Shown here piece after piece: positions 19,119-28,418 of a stretch of DNA of 64,000 bases. Made by a program: the position numbers and the translations under genes. Source of the stretch: a virus (lineage: Duplodnaviria; Caudoviricetes); IMG/VR virus record IMGVR_UViG_3300035502_001274, positions 96,001 to 160,000 of that record; one strand, given 5' to 3'. Each line of letters starts with the position of its first letter. The stretch's first letter is position 1. The notes below the pieces were generated by a model, which was not told the DNA's origin, did no database searches, and saw only the letters and a program-made list of their open reading frames with translations.

Positions 19119-20087
19119 ATGGCTCTATCTATCAAGCGCGGTGCTAACTTAGAGTATACCGCAGGTATCACCCACGATACCAGATTCCACAGCGACGACG
19201 TCTTTGCGACGGCACTGTTGACTATGGTGGCACGCTACCAGAACGGAATTGATGTTTTTGCGGACAACGACGCATCCTACAAGAACGACCAGCCGGAGTT
19301 CACCGTAGCCCGTCTGCCCATGAAGATCGCCGAGGCCATTAGCAGCGCCTATGATTCCGAGTACATCCCCGGCGAGTACCAGCGCCGACATCTCGTGTTT
19401 GATGTTGGCAATGGCGAGTTCGACCACCACACATCTCCTCGTTTGACCCGGGAAAATGGGATTCCTTACTGCGCATTCGGCAAGCTCTGGATGGCTTTTG
19501 GGCCATACTTTGGGCTGCGCCCTGAGTACGTCAACGCTTTCGATGTGGATTTTGTGCAGTACATCTGCGCAAATGATAACGAAGGTGTACCCAATCCCAT
19601 CAGCTCTACCATCAGCCTGATGAATACGGATGACCCAAAAGACGATGAGGCGCAGCGCGCGGCATTCGACGGCGCCGTAGAGTACGCATACAAGACTCTG
19701 TGGTTTCAGATCAAGAACCTGCTGAAGCGTCAGGAGCAGTACAGCGAAATCACTTCCGGTGGTAGGAGCGTCAAGTGTAAGATGGGTGGGAGCGTCGTCG
19801 TGTATGACAAGTACTACACCGCCTATTCGGTCGAGGAATTGCGGCCCAATGATGTCGCCATGATTTATCCGCACAATAGAGGCGGCTGGGCGCTGCAGTC
19901 TCTGTGTGACCGGAAAGGCCCTGGCCAGCGTATCAATCGCTGGAAAGCTCCTGATGACCTCTGGGGCAAGCCCGAATGGGAACTGCGCCAGAGAATCCAG
20001 GGGCTGCGGTTCTGTCATGCGTCTGGGTTCATGTGTACCTTTGACGACTACGAGGAAGCGCTCGCATTCGCGATGGACTACGTGTAA
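19119..20087 (+). CDS. MYG1 family (DHH-like) exonuclease
   Basis: THDTRFHSDDVFA, DVGNGEFDHH, PY..FG.LW and FCHASGF motifs. Confidence 0.85.
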   Translation: MALSIKRGANLEYTAGITHDTRFHSDDVFATALLTMVARYQNGIDVFADNDASYKNDQPEFTVARLPMKIAEAISSAYDSEYIPGEYQRRHLVFDVGNGEFDHHTSPRLTRENGIPYCAFGKLWMAFGPYFGLRPEYVNAFDVDFVQYICANDNEGVPNPISSTISLMNTDDPKDDEAQRAAFDGAVEYAYKTLWFQIKNLLKRQEQYSEITSGGRSVKCKMGGSVVVYDKYYTAYSVEELRPNDVAMIYPHNRGGWALQSLCDRKGPGQRINRWKAPDDLWGKPEWELRQRIQGLRFCHASGFMCTFDDYEEALAFAMDYV

Positions 20088-20190
20088 TGCTGAAAGAAAG
20101 AGCTCAAACGAGCTCTTTCTTTTTTGTGATTTGTATGAAATAAATTTCCATAATTTTCCAATTTAATAGTACATATAAGTAACAGTGATT

Positions 20191-20317
20191 GGCTGGGTGA
20201 TCGGCGACGGAGTCGCCGCTGGTTATCGAGTCCTCGCTCCGCCCAGCCTGGTAAACCCGCTTAAAAATTTACGCAGCTGCGTGCGCTTGGATCATTGTGC
20301 TCTGAAGCAGTCCTTAC
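20191..20317. repeat. structured repeat element, copy A
   Basis: Shares a GC hairpin, ATCGA, TTAAAA(A)TTTA and a 34-nt block cgcttRgatcRttgYRYtctgaaRcagtccttac with copy B. Confidence 0.8.
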
Positions 20318-20328
20318 CTTGAGAGCGA

Positions 20329-20363
20329 AAAAGTCCTTTGGGAGAAATCCCAAAGGACTTTTT
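20329..20363. terminator. terminator between cassette units
   Basis: aaaaagtcctttggga-gaaa-tcccaaaggactttt. Confidence 0.85.
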
Positions 20364-20369
20364 CAACGC

Positions 20370-20675
20370 TTATGAGAAGCTAGTAACGATAAATGCTGTA
20401 ATAGATGTGTCTTTTCCATAATGCTGCATTTTATCGCTTGACATTAAATATACAGCGTTCGATCCATTAGCATATACTATACAACCGACTGCCAACGGCA
20501 CGCCGCTGAGCTGCAAACCTGTTTGATCGCAATACCATACTATAGCTAAAACTCCATTTGGGGATAATGCAATTGCTGTTGAATTTGAACTGCAATTAGA
20601 TGAAAGCCAATAGCCTGTCCAATTCGATATATTTGATGTTACGTTTAGTGCATTACATGAAATGACTTCTGCCAT
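20370..20675 (-). CDS. AT-rich orphan ORF resembling a tail-fibre tip / receptor-binding domain
   Basis: 101 aa, beta-rich Ser/Asn/Gly/Trp composition, atypical low-GC codon usage, no obvious RBS, terminator at 20329-20363. Confidence 0.45.
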   Translation of the reverse strand: MAEVISCNALNVTSNISNWTGYWLSSNCSSNSTAIALSPNGVLAIVWYCDQTGLQLSGVPLAVGCIVYANGSNAVYLMSSDKMQHYGKDTSITAFIVTSFS

Positions 20676-20799
20676 GAGTTCAACGGCGCCGGGAGGCGCC
20701 GCGCGTCATCGACCTACATGGTGGTTCGGCCTAGAGCGCAGTTTAAAATTTATTCCGGCCAAATCCGCTTAGATCGTTGCATTCTGAAACAGTCCTTAC
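20671..20799. repeat. structured repeat element, copy B
   Basis: Direct repeat of 20191-20317 with different sequence but the same pairing in the closing stem. Confidence 0.8.
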
Positions 20800-20852
20800 A
20801 GGACTGGGATTTTATCTCTTAATCGTCAGAATGTCAGCAAATACCGACGGAA

Positions 20853-20864
20853 AACAAGGCCATA
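20853..20864 (+). promoter_or_regulatory. late promoter motif RACA-N6-TA (representative copy)
   Basis: Copies on + at 1763, 4309, 8420, 11642, 20853, 28379; on - at 27353, 35053, 35918, 45098, 56063. Confidence 0.8.
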
Positions 20865-20912
20865 ACGTCTTAGAGTATAATAACGAACCTTTTGAAAGGG
20901 CGTGAAATAAGT

Positions 20913-22352
20913 ATGGCAATTACCGAAGAGCAAGTTGGCAATGCCGTTGACACTGTCAAATTTGCAACTTTGGTCAAGCAGACATATGGCCGTTCTAGCT
21001 TGACGCGCAATGCCAAGGACACCATCGCGCAGTTCCCGGTGATTATCTCAGCGGGTATTCCCACTGATGATGCTGTCATCATTGCCAAAGCCATTGAAGC
21101 GCAGTATGCAGCTTTGATGGTTTCTGTCATCTCGGCCAACTCTGACTATGACCGCGGCAAATACAATAACCCCGCTGACTATCTGCGCACTTTCCACAAT
21201 AACGGCAATATCCCCACACTGTTCCGGACCATGGACTCCCAGCTCCCTGAGGATGTTCATGCAATCGAATGCGAACTCGCCAGTGCTCGTACGATGTACG
21301 CCCTGGAGAGTCTGGTCGACAAGGATCTGGTGATGGAGTGCTGGGATAGCGTCGATGATCGTTTCAATACCAGCTCTCTGAATCATAGCTACAGACCTGA
21401 GAAGCACACACAGGATGCGATGGAAAGCGTCGTGAAGAATCTGCGTGCGCTTCATCGTCCTGCCATGGAAGCCGCTGCTGACGATGTCCTGGCTGCTGCA
21501 GGTGTGGCTGGCAATCGTGCTGGTAAAGATGATATGGGTGCTCCTACCAAAGCTGATAAGGTGCAAACCACACAGCGTATGGTGGCTCGCATGGATCCCG
21601 TTACCAATACTCCCGTTCGGAACGCCAAGAAGGAGATCATCTACGATAAGGTGACCACCAAAGATGAAGTCGTTCGTGCTCCCTCTGCAACTGGTCGTCA
21701 GGAAATCGTGCGCAATGATAAGCTGACTACCCTGGAGCCCACGCTCATCAATCTGCAGCTGAACTCCCATCATGGCAATGCTCCTGTCATCACCCACAAC
21801 GTGGTGATGGGTGTCAAGGCCATGATTCGTCAGATTCCGCAGCAGTATATCGTCTCCAACCTGATTGAGGGTGTGAATAACTCTCGGGCCATCTTTGGGT
21901 ACGTGAAGTTCACTGAGCACCCTGTCCAGACCTTGATTGATCTGGTGACTGGCTGGAGCACTGCACGGGAGACCGCTGTCTCCGACAGAGATATGCGGAA
22001 GTGGATCCAGGCACTGAAACGCCGCAAGACCAGCGATCTGATCGGTAAGATGGCTTCTGGTGAAGGTATGCCTCCTCTGACCACTATCGTGATCACTACC
22101 TATGAGGCAGAGCAGATCGCCGAAGCGACCAATATCGATCTAAACGATCCCTATGCGGCAGCCAAGCTCATCTCCAAGTATTATCTGCTTGGCTTTATTA
22201 TCTATGATTCTGCCACGGGCAAGGTGAAGTCCATCTTTGATGGTGACTCCAACTTCTCCGTGACTACCTTAAATGGCCTGAAGAGCAAGCAGCAAAAGGA
22301 TCAGGAACTGACTCAGTTTGCTTCCTTCCTGCGAGCTTCTGGCAGAATGTGA
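20913..22352 (+). CDS. virion head protein (protease-processed)
   Basis: Late motif at 20853; clustered ALES/AMES/AMEA sites. Confidence 0.6.
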   Translation: MAITEEQVGNAVDTVKFATLVKQTYGRSSLTRNAKDTIAQFPVIISAGIPTDDAVIIAKAIEAQYAALMVSVISANSDYDRGKYNNPADYLRTFHNNGNIPTLFRTMDSQLPEDVHAIECELASARTMYALESLVDKDLVMECWDSVDDRFNTSSLNHSYRPEKHTQDAMESVVKNLRALHRPAMEAAADDVLAAAGVAGNRAGKDDMGAPTKADKVQTTQRMVARMDPVTNTPVRNAKKEIIYDKVTTKDEVVRAPSATGRQEIVRNDKLTTLEPTLINLQLNSHHGNAPVITHNVVMGVKAMIRQIPQQYIVSNLIEGVNNSRAIFGYVKFTEHPVQTLIDLVTGWSTARETAVSDRDMRKWIQALKRRKTSDLIGKMASGEGMPPLTTIVITTYEAEQIAEATNIDLNDPYAAAKLISKYYLLGFIIYDSATGKVKSIFDGDSNFSVTTLNGLKSKQQKDQELTQFASFLRASGRM

Positions 22353-22363
22353 GGTGGAGAAAG

Positions 22364-23572
22364 ATGAATCGATTCGATACGTCCATGAAGTCGTACCATA
22401 TTGCCTTGGAGTCTTTCTCCTCCATGGCATTGGACCAGCCAACCAGCGATCGTCTCACCTATAAGAGCGCTGCTATGGAGGCCGTCACTGGTGCCGACTC
22501 CGGAATGGTGCTGGATAAGCTCTATCGCAATATGACAGCCCGTTCCACCATCAACTTCGGCAAGATCCCTGAATCACAGGGCGATCTGACCAAGTTCGTG
22601 CATTACAGAACCATCAAGAGTACGCTGTCCCTGCTCAATAGACAGCTTGCTGAATACAAGATCGTCGAGCTGGAGCAATCTCAGCTGCTGCATGATAACA
22701 TCATTCGGCTGCATGAGGACTTTGCCTATGGTTTCAAGGTGGACTCTCAGTTCCTGAAGACTACCTACAACACCATGGTCTACTCTCTGGTGGAGATGCT
22801 CAATCTCTGCAATGTTGTCTATGTGGACATGCTGAAAGCCCAGGCTGAAGGTCGCCAGTTTGACTATAAGCCTTACAGCGATCTGCTGCTGACCCAGAAT
22901 GTGGCCCGCTTCAATGAGATGGTCAAGTCTGGGGAATGGTCTACCATGATGCTTTCCATCCGTAAGGATGCTAAGAATCTGATCAGCGTCGTATATGACG
23001 GCTCTTACAATGACAAGGGCAGCTTGCTGCATACTCTGGCCGGTATTACCGGTACCGTGGGCATTCCCGGTCTGGCTTTACATGGTCTGGCCAACTCCAA
23101 GGTTGCCAAGGCATCCATGGCCGCCAGAGGCGATACCAACGTCAACATCTCTGATCTGACGGCTGCTGCTAAAGCTGGTTGGACCAAGGTCACCAGCACA
23201 ACTGGTGGCAAGATTGGCATTGCCATTGTGATCATCATTGCCGTTCTCTTTATCATCAGACAGATCACATTTGCGATCTTTCGTGGTGCTTACAAGCTGG
23301 ATGACATGATCGATGACCAGAATAAGATCCTGAAAGCCCACATTGACAACTACTACGATGCAAACGATGCGTCCAAAGCTCCCGAGAAGCAGCGTGCCAT
23401 GTATGAGCGTCTTGCTGGTATTCAGGAAGGCATCCGTACCAAGATCCTCAAGGGTGATGCAGAAGGCCGTAAGGCCATGAAGGAATCCAACGCTAAGGAT
23501 TTCTCTGCGTCTGCCATGCGGAATGACCCTGTTTCCACCGAGGACGCATCTGACGAGGTTTCCCTCGGGTAA
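22364..23572 (+). CDS. virion head/ejection protein with hydrophobic segment
   Basis: ALES and AMEA sites near the N-terminus; TM-like GIAIVIIIAVLFII. Confidence 0.55.
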   Translation: MNRFDTSMKSYHIALESFSSMALDQPTSDRLTYKSAAMEAVTGADSGMVLDKLYRNMTARSTINFGKIPESQGDLTKFVHYRTIKSTLSLLNRQLAEYKIVELEQSQLLHDNIIRLHEDFAYGFKVDSQFLKTTYNTMVYSLVEMLNLCNVVYVDMLKAQAEGRQFDYKPYSDLLLTQNVARFNEMVKSGEWSTMMLSIRKDAKNLISVVYDGSYNDKGSLLHTLAGITGTVGIPGLALHGLANSKVAKASMAARGDTNVNISDLTAAAKAGWTKVTSTTGGKIGIAIVIIIAVLFIIRQITFAIFRGAYKLDDMIDDQNKILKAHIDNYYDANDASKAPEKQRAMYERLAGIQEGIRTKILKGDAEGRKAMKESNAKDFSASAMRNDPVSTEDASDEVSLG

Positions 23573-23593
23573 TTCATTAAGGAGGCACTTTCT

Positions 23594-24460
23594 ATGCCCA
23601 TTGAAACGTCTGGAGCATTGCAGCAGAGCAGCGCTTATCTCAGCGGCCTCAAAGCCGTTATTGAGGAGGCCAGCTCGGCGACTTGTGCCGCCTATGATGC
23701 AATTGCTAACGTAAAAGACTACGGCAGCTTCGACACCGCCAAACCCGCAGCCATCGCTGCTGTGGATACGGCGTTGGCGAGCTTAACCGATGAAGTCGCT
23801 ACCAATTTCAGGCTCTGCGGAGAGACACTGAATGGTGCTGCCCACGCCATCTTTGAAGGCGTTGCACCTGAAGAAGATCCCATCACCGAAGACGGCCTGA
23901 GCAAGGTGGATGAGTACCTTCCCACCAACTCTCTGCACCAGCCTGCCTATCTGGAAATCCATGATCTGGCACAGGCCATTCATGAGGCCATGCAGAATGG
24001 ACAGAATCCTGCCGATGTGGAGCCCAATGACTTTATGTATCGGGATCCTAACCAGATGCATGGCCGTACCATTCTGACTCGTACCGTCATCTTCATGAAG
24101 AGACTTCGTGAAGCTGAAGAGTCTGATTGGGTATATTCCATCTTCAACATGCTGGAAGGCATCTCTACGCAGATCGAGCAGACGATCCGTCCGACCCTCT
24201 TTGAGATCAAGGATGCTCTGGAGTCCGATCAGTTGAGAGCTGCAGCCATTGAGCTGCTGAACGACCCCACCAATGAGCAGGCCTATCTGAACACGATCGA
24301 CCTGATGCTCAAAGGTGTTGGCGTAGCTTGTGGTTATCTGGCTGAAGTCAAGAAGGCCGTTGAGTTTTATGAGAAGCTCATTGGCTGCTTGACCGAGACC
24401 GACGATACCATTGCCAAGGCCTACGTCCTCTACAAAGAGGCCAACGAGACCACTTTCTGA
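23594..24460 (+). CDS. putative virion protein
   Basis: Same late operon, aaggagg RBS. Confidence 0.55.
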   Translation: MPIETSGALQQSSAYLSGLKAVIEEASSATCAAYDAIANVKDYGSFDTAKPAAIAAVDTALASLTDEVATNFRLCGETLNGAAHAIFEGVAPEEDPITEDGLSKVDEYLPTNSLHQPAYLEIHDLAQAIHEAMQNGQNPADVEPNDFMYRDPNQMHGRTILTRTVIFMKRLREAEESDWVYSIFNMLEGISTQIEQTIRPTLFEIKDALESDQLRAAAIELLNDPTNEQAYLNTIDLMLKGVGVACGYLAEVKKAVEFYEKLIGCLTETDDTIAKAYVLYKEANETTF

Positions 24461-24463
24461 GTT

Positions 24464-24500
24464 AAAATCTCCTAGTACCGAATTGGTACTAGGAGATTTT
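24464..24500. terminator. bidirectional terminator between convergent virion genes
   Basis: aaaatctcctagtacc-gaatt-ggtactaggagatttt perfect inverted repeat. Confidence 0.85.
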
Positions 24501-24506
24501 CATGTC

Positions 24507-27323
24507 TTATAAGGTATCGTCCAGCATACTCATGACGTATTGCTTGAATCCGGGAGACTGCTGGAAGAGCTTGTCCATGAAGGACTGCTCGTTCGTGTCG
24601 TCAAAGGCAAACAGATTGGAATCACGATGCTGTCTGATGATAGAGTACATGGTATTGGGCTTGGGCGCTTTGATCCACTGATTGGTCACCGAGAAGAGAT
24701 CCTCCGTAGGAATACGAAGGCCATCTTCAAAGATCATATCATGCGCGCTGATGCCCATAACGCCGCTATATGCCAAGTTGATGAATCCATTCTCATCACT
24801 CAGCACATCAAAGCGATCGGTGGGGAAGGGTAGATAGACTGCTTCGCCCACAGAGTGCTCGGTATAGCTTCCATTAAAGGTGACCTTGAAGTCTCCATTG
24901 ACTTTCTCAGGGATTTGACCGTCAACTTCATCGCGGGTACGCAGAATGCCATTCACAAATACGATGATTCGAGTGGGATCATCTGCGCCGCAGAAAGACG
25001 GAATCACTGCTTCGGTAGACTGGGAGAGATCGGGAGCCACCGCACGACGCCAAACATTGGCATTTCGCACTTCCACGATGTCTCCGCTATCATATCCTTC
25101 AATCTTGAGAGCCAGATCACGAGATCTTACTCTCTTGGAGAACTTCTGGGTGCTGGAAGTATCCATCAGGTCGTAGCCTTCGCTGGATACAAACACGTTA
25201 CCAGCACGAACTGTCATTTCAATGCCGTCCTTGGTGGCAATGACAACGTCATCATCAGTTTTCAGCTTGGTGCTGAAAGCGGTCGTGGGCTGAATGAGAC
25301 GGAATACCACGGACCGAAATTCACCTTCAGGATGGGTATATCCAACTCGATTAGAGATTCGAGGGTCGAAGATATTGATGCCCAAAGCGTCCCAGTCCAC
25401 AAACTTCTCAGGAATCTGCACCAAGTATTCATCGGCGTAAATACCGTAAGTAATGTCTTTGGGACTGATACGGGTTCCTTCTTCATTGGACACTACCAGA
25501 TCGTTGGCTGAGATGTACTTGAGCGGATAATTATCGCCCAGCATAGATCTCATAAAGTCGCCAGTGATGGTAACTTTGCCACAGACCTGAGCCACATGCT
25601 CATAGAGGTCCACAATGATGGTGGAATCTTTTTTGAGCTGCGCAGATGGGATGGTAATATACTGGTCGAAGTCTCGCCAGTACGTTCTGGTGTTGGAGGC
25701 ATGTACGCCGTCAATATACAGGTCATAGGGCCGGAGATTGTCAGCGGAACGTGCCACGCAAAGCTCTCCATAGGAAGCTGCCGTCAGTTTATCATAGAGC
25801 TCGGTAAACTCCTCGTTGAGCCTGAAGGTCAGCGTTGTCTTTTCAGAGTTGGCAGCATCGATGGGAGTATTGATCTCATCATAGTGCATGCCGGTCTCTT
25901 TGAGCAGCTGCTGCATGATGTCGATCCGATACTCATGAGAAGAGTACATCAGGATCTGCTTCACGAAGTCATTGGCCGAGAACTCATAATGCTTGGGCTC
26001 GAAGTTGGTAATGACATCAGGCAACTGGCCTTCAGCAAACTTCTCAGAGAAGGTCGAGCCGATGTAAGATCGATACATCTCTGTGAAGTCATCGTAGTTG
26101 CTCCCAATACTCTCATCGTCACGGAACCACTCGATGTAGAGCAGATAGCAGTCAGACTGCATTGTGTAATAGTAGAAGTTGGGGAACTTAGCCTCCATAT
26201 CAGTGCAGACTAGACGCCCCAGCGTATCAGTATCCCGGTCATATTCCCAAACTCTGAAGTTGCCGGGGTAGAGCGGAGCCGTTCCGTCCTTGGTGGGGAT
26301 AGAGATCCAGCACCGATCTTTGAAGAATCCGACGGAAACCAACTGCTCTTTTTCATCGAAGTTCTTATCAACACCATCCAGTACGGCATATCCGCCGTCA
26401 GCATTCATGGCCACGACCTTGAGACGCTCTTCATTGATAGTATCGACGTATTCATCGAAGTTATCTTTCAGATACTGGGTCGGGCCGATATAGTTGGGAG
26501 ACAGCGTAAAGCCTGCTTTATGTGCCTCATTATAGATGAAGCACTTAACATTGAAGGTTGCGCTGTAAATGTGATCCTGGAACGCCTGAGAGACTTCGAT
26601 GTAGGGACGTCCATCATCTGTAAACATCAAGACGCCAGGCGTTGCCCGAAGCAGATTCAAGTCTGCGGACATCTCTGAGACACAAACTTTCCAATCGTTG
26701 ATGTCTTCAGCCTTGTAAAACTGCTGACTGGTCTCAAAGTCGTCCAGATAGATGCGGCAGCTCTGCAGCAGATTGAGCATGTTGGTCTCTTTATAGGCGT
26801 AGGATACCTTGGGACGGATCTCCAGAGCCCATCTGCTGGGCGTATAGGGGTTATCATAGTCATTCATCATGAGATCCATCTGTTTCTGAGAGATGCCATC
26901 AGTGGTTCCAATGGGAATGACCAGCCAGGTGCCGTTCTGAACGACTCTGCACTGCAGATTCATGAAGGTATAATCTGCAATGTGGAAGATGAACTGCTTG
27001 GTGAAACGATTATTCTGCAGCATCTCTCGGATGGTAAGCAGTTCCTTACCACGAATGAAATGCTCCAGAATGTACTTTTGATTTCCCGAAAGAAGTCTCC
27101 TCTTGATGAAGTGGGTATAGCTTCCCGCAGGGAAACCCATCTTCGTATTCAGAGCTTCATCACATACAAAGTCAGTCAAAGGACCGCCCATGATCTCAGT
27201 CTGGCAGGTTGCCTTCTGAGCTTCAATGCAATGGTCCCAGGTAGTCTCCAGCACTTGATTGTAAACTCGATCAATAATTTCAGGGTGGTACTGGTTGTCA
27301 AACAGGAAGATGCCTTGATCCAT
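24507..27323 (-). CDS. large virion structural (baseplate/tail) protein
   Basis: 938-aa beta-rich ORF behind the late motif at 27353-27364. Confidence 0.55.
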   Translation of the reverse strand: MDQGIFLFDNQYHPEIIDRVYNQVLETTWDHCIEAQKATCQTEIMGGPLTDFVCDEALNTKMGFPAGSYTHFIKRRLLSGNQKYILEHFIRGKELLTIREMLQNNRFTKQFIFHIADYTFMNLQCRVVQNGTWLVIPIGTTDGISQKQMDLMMNDYDNPYTPSRWALEIRPKVSYAYKETNMLNLLQSCRIYLDDFETSQQFYKAEDINDWKVCVSEMSADLNLLRATPGVLMFTDDGRPYIEVSQAFQDHIYSATFNVKCFIYNEAHKAGFTLSPNYIGPTQYLKDNFDEYVDTINEERLKVVAMNADGGYAVLDGVDKNFDEKEQLVSVGFFKDRCWISIPTKDGTAPLYPGNFRVWEYDRDTDTLGRLVCTDMEAKFPNFYYYTMQSDCYLLYIEWFRDDESIGSNYDDFTEMYRSYIGSTFSEKFAEGQLPDVITNFEPKHYEFSANDFVKQILMYSSHEYRIDIMQQLLKETGMHYDEINTPIDAANSEKTTLTFRLNEEFTELYDKLTAASYGELCVARSADNLRPYDLYIDGVHASNTRTYWRDFDQYITIPSAQLKKDSTIIVDLYEHVAQVCGKVTITGDFMRSMLGDNYPLKYISANDLVVSNEEGTRISPKDITYGIYADEYLVQIPEKFVDWDALGINIFDPRISNRVGYTHPEGEFRSVVFRLIQPTTAFSTKLKTDDDVVIATKDGIEMTVRAGNVFVSSEGYDLMDTSSTQKFSKRVRSRDLALKIEGYDSGDIVEVRNANVWRRAVAPDLSQSTEAVIPSFCGADDPTRIIVFVNGILRTRDEVDGQIPEKVNGDFKVTFNGSYTEHSVGEAVYLPFPTDRFDVLSDENGFINLAYSGVMGISAHDMIFEDGLRIPTEDLFSVTNQWIKAPKPNTMYSIIRQHRDSNLFAFDDTNEQSFMDKLFQQSPGFKQYVMSMLDDTL

Positions 27324-27467
27324 TCTTACTTCACCCTTTCGGCGATGTATTTTACGGGAGTGTTTTTGAGGGCCTTGTATCGCTGTACTTTCTTTCCGTA
27401 TTTTAGCTCACCTGGGCCAAATATCATTTTAGTAAGAAATACATAAAATGAAAGGAAGTACCTACTT

Positions 27468-27833
27468 ATGGCTACCAACATAAAAATCGACATCTATAGC
27501 ATTCAGAAGACCCAGCTCGAGCAGAAGGCAAAGACCGTAATCCAGGCGAAGAAGGACTACGCAGAGGCCGAAGCGAAACTCGCCGAGGATACCAAGTTCG
27601 TGGAGAGCCAGGCTATCATCGCGAGAGGCCTCATGTCTACGGATCCCGAGCATGCGATGCAATTGTACGACACAATTGCAAACCAGCACAAGATCCTGGC
27701 TAAGATCCGTCAGCATCAGGATAACATTCGCATCACCATTTCCATGATGGAAGAAAGCTTGGCCATGGGGTTCGAGGCTCTGGAAGCTGCCGGCCCTGAA
27801 GGATTGCTGTATGAATGCGATCCTGAGGATTGA
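27468..27833 (+). CDS. hypothetical early helical protein
   Basis: Early motif at 27421, RBS, own terminator. Confidence 0.7.
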   Translation: MATNIKIDIYSIQKTQLEQKAKTVIQAKKDYAEAEAKLAEDTKFVESQAIIARGLMSTDPEHAMQLYDTIANQHKILAKIRQHQDNIRITISMMEESLAMGFEALEAAGPEGLLYECDPED

Positions 27834-27918
27834 GAAAGAGAAAGCTGCGTTTGCAGCTTTCTTTTTTTGAGTCCACATATCATACCCATGCAATCTATAA
27901 GGAAAGGAATTCCCTGCA

Positions 27919-28236
27919 ATGATCTACTTAACCAAAGAAGCAATCCTCAACACTGTCCTGCCTATGATGGAGGACGCCCTTGACACCTACAAAGACGCCT
28001 ACCGGAAGTCTGCTCTGCATGCCAACTATGCGGGCCGGATGCTGGCAAGTGATACCGAGCGAGAGCAGTGCATCTCCTCCATGGTCTCTGCGTCCAAGAT
28101 GCGGGCTCATATCGCTCAAGTCAGTACTGCCATCGATGAGATCAAGGAGAAGCTGGTCGATGAAGCTATCGAAGGCCTGCATATCGATCCTACCAAGATC
28201 TTCGGTGAAGCTGAAGCTCAGATCCTCGTGGTCTGA
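27919..28236 (+). CDS. hypothetical early helical protein
   Basis: ATATCATA at ~27877, RBS, own terminator. Confidence 0.7.
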   Translation: MIYLTKEAILNTVLPMMEDALDTYKDAYRKSALHANYAGRMLASDTEREQCISSMVSASKMRAHIAQVSTAIDEIKEKLVDEAIEGLHIDPTKIFGEAEAQILVV

Positions 28237-28418
28237 GATAAAGATAAAAGAAAGTCGCGTTTGCGGCTTTCTTTTTTATTGGGAGGGGAGGTACAAAAGT
28301 CAGATTTGCAGCTTATTTTTTCACATTAACATACCATACTTATAGCAAACACCTTAAGTGGGAAATCACCAGTTTCCAAACACAAATCTATCACAAATTG
28401 TAAAGGAGAGCCCAAATT

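Noticed and set aside
20370-20675. DGR template repeat
   Set aside because: No matching variable repeat with adenine-specific differences and no reverse transcriptase in the window; not AAC-rich.
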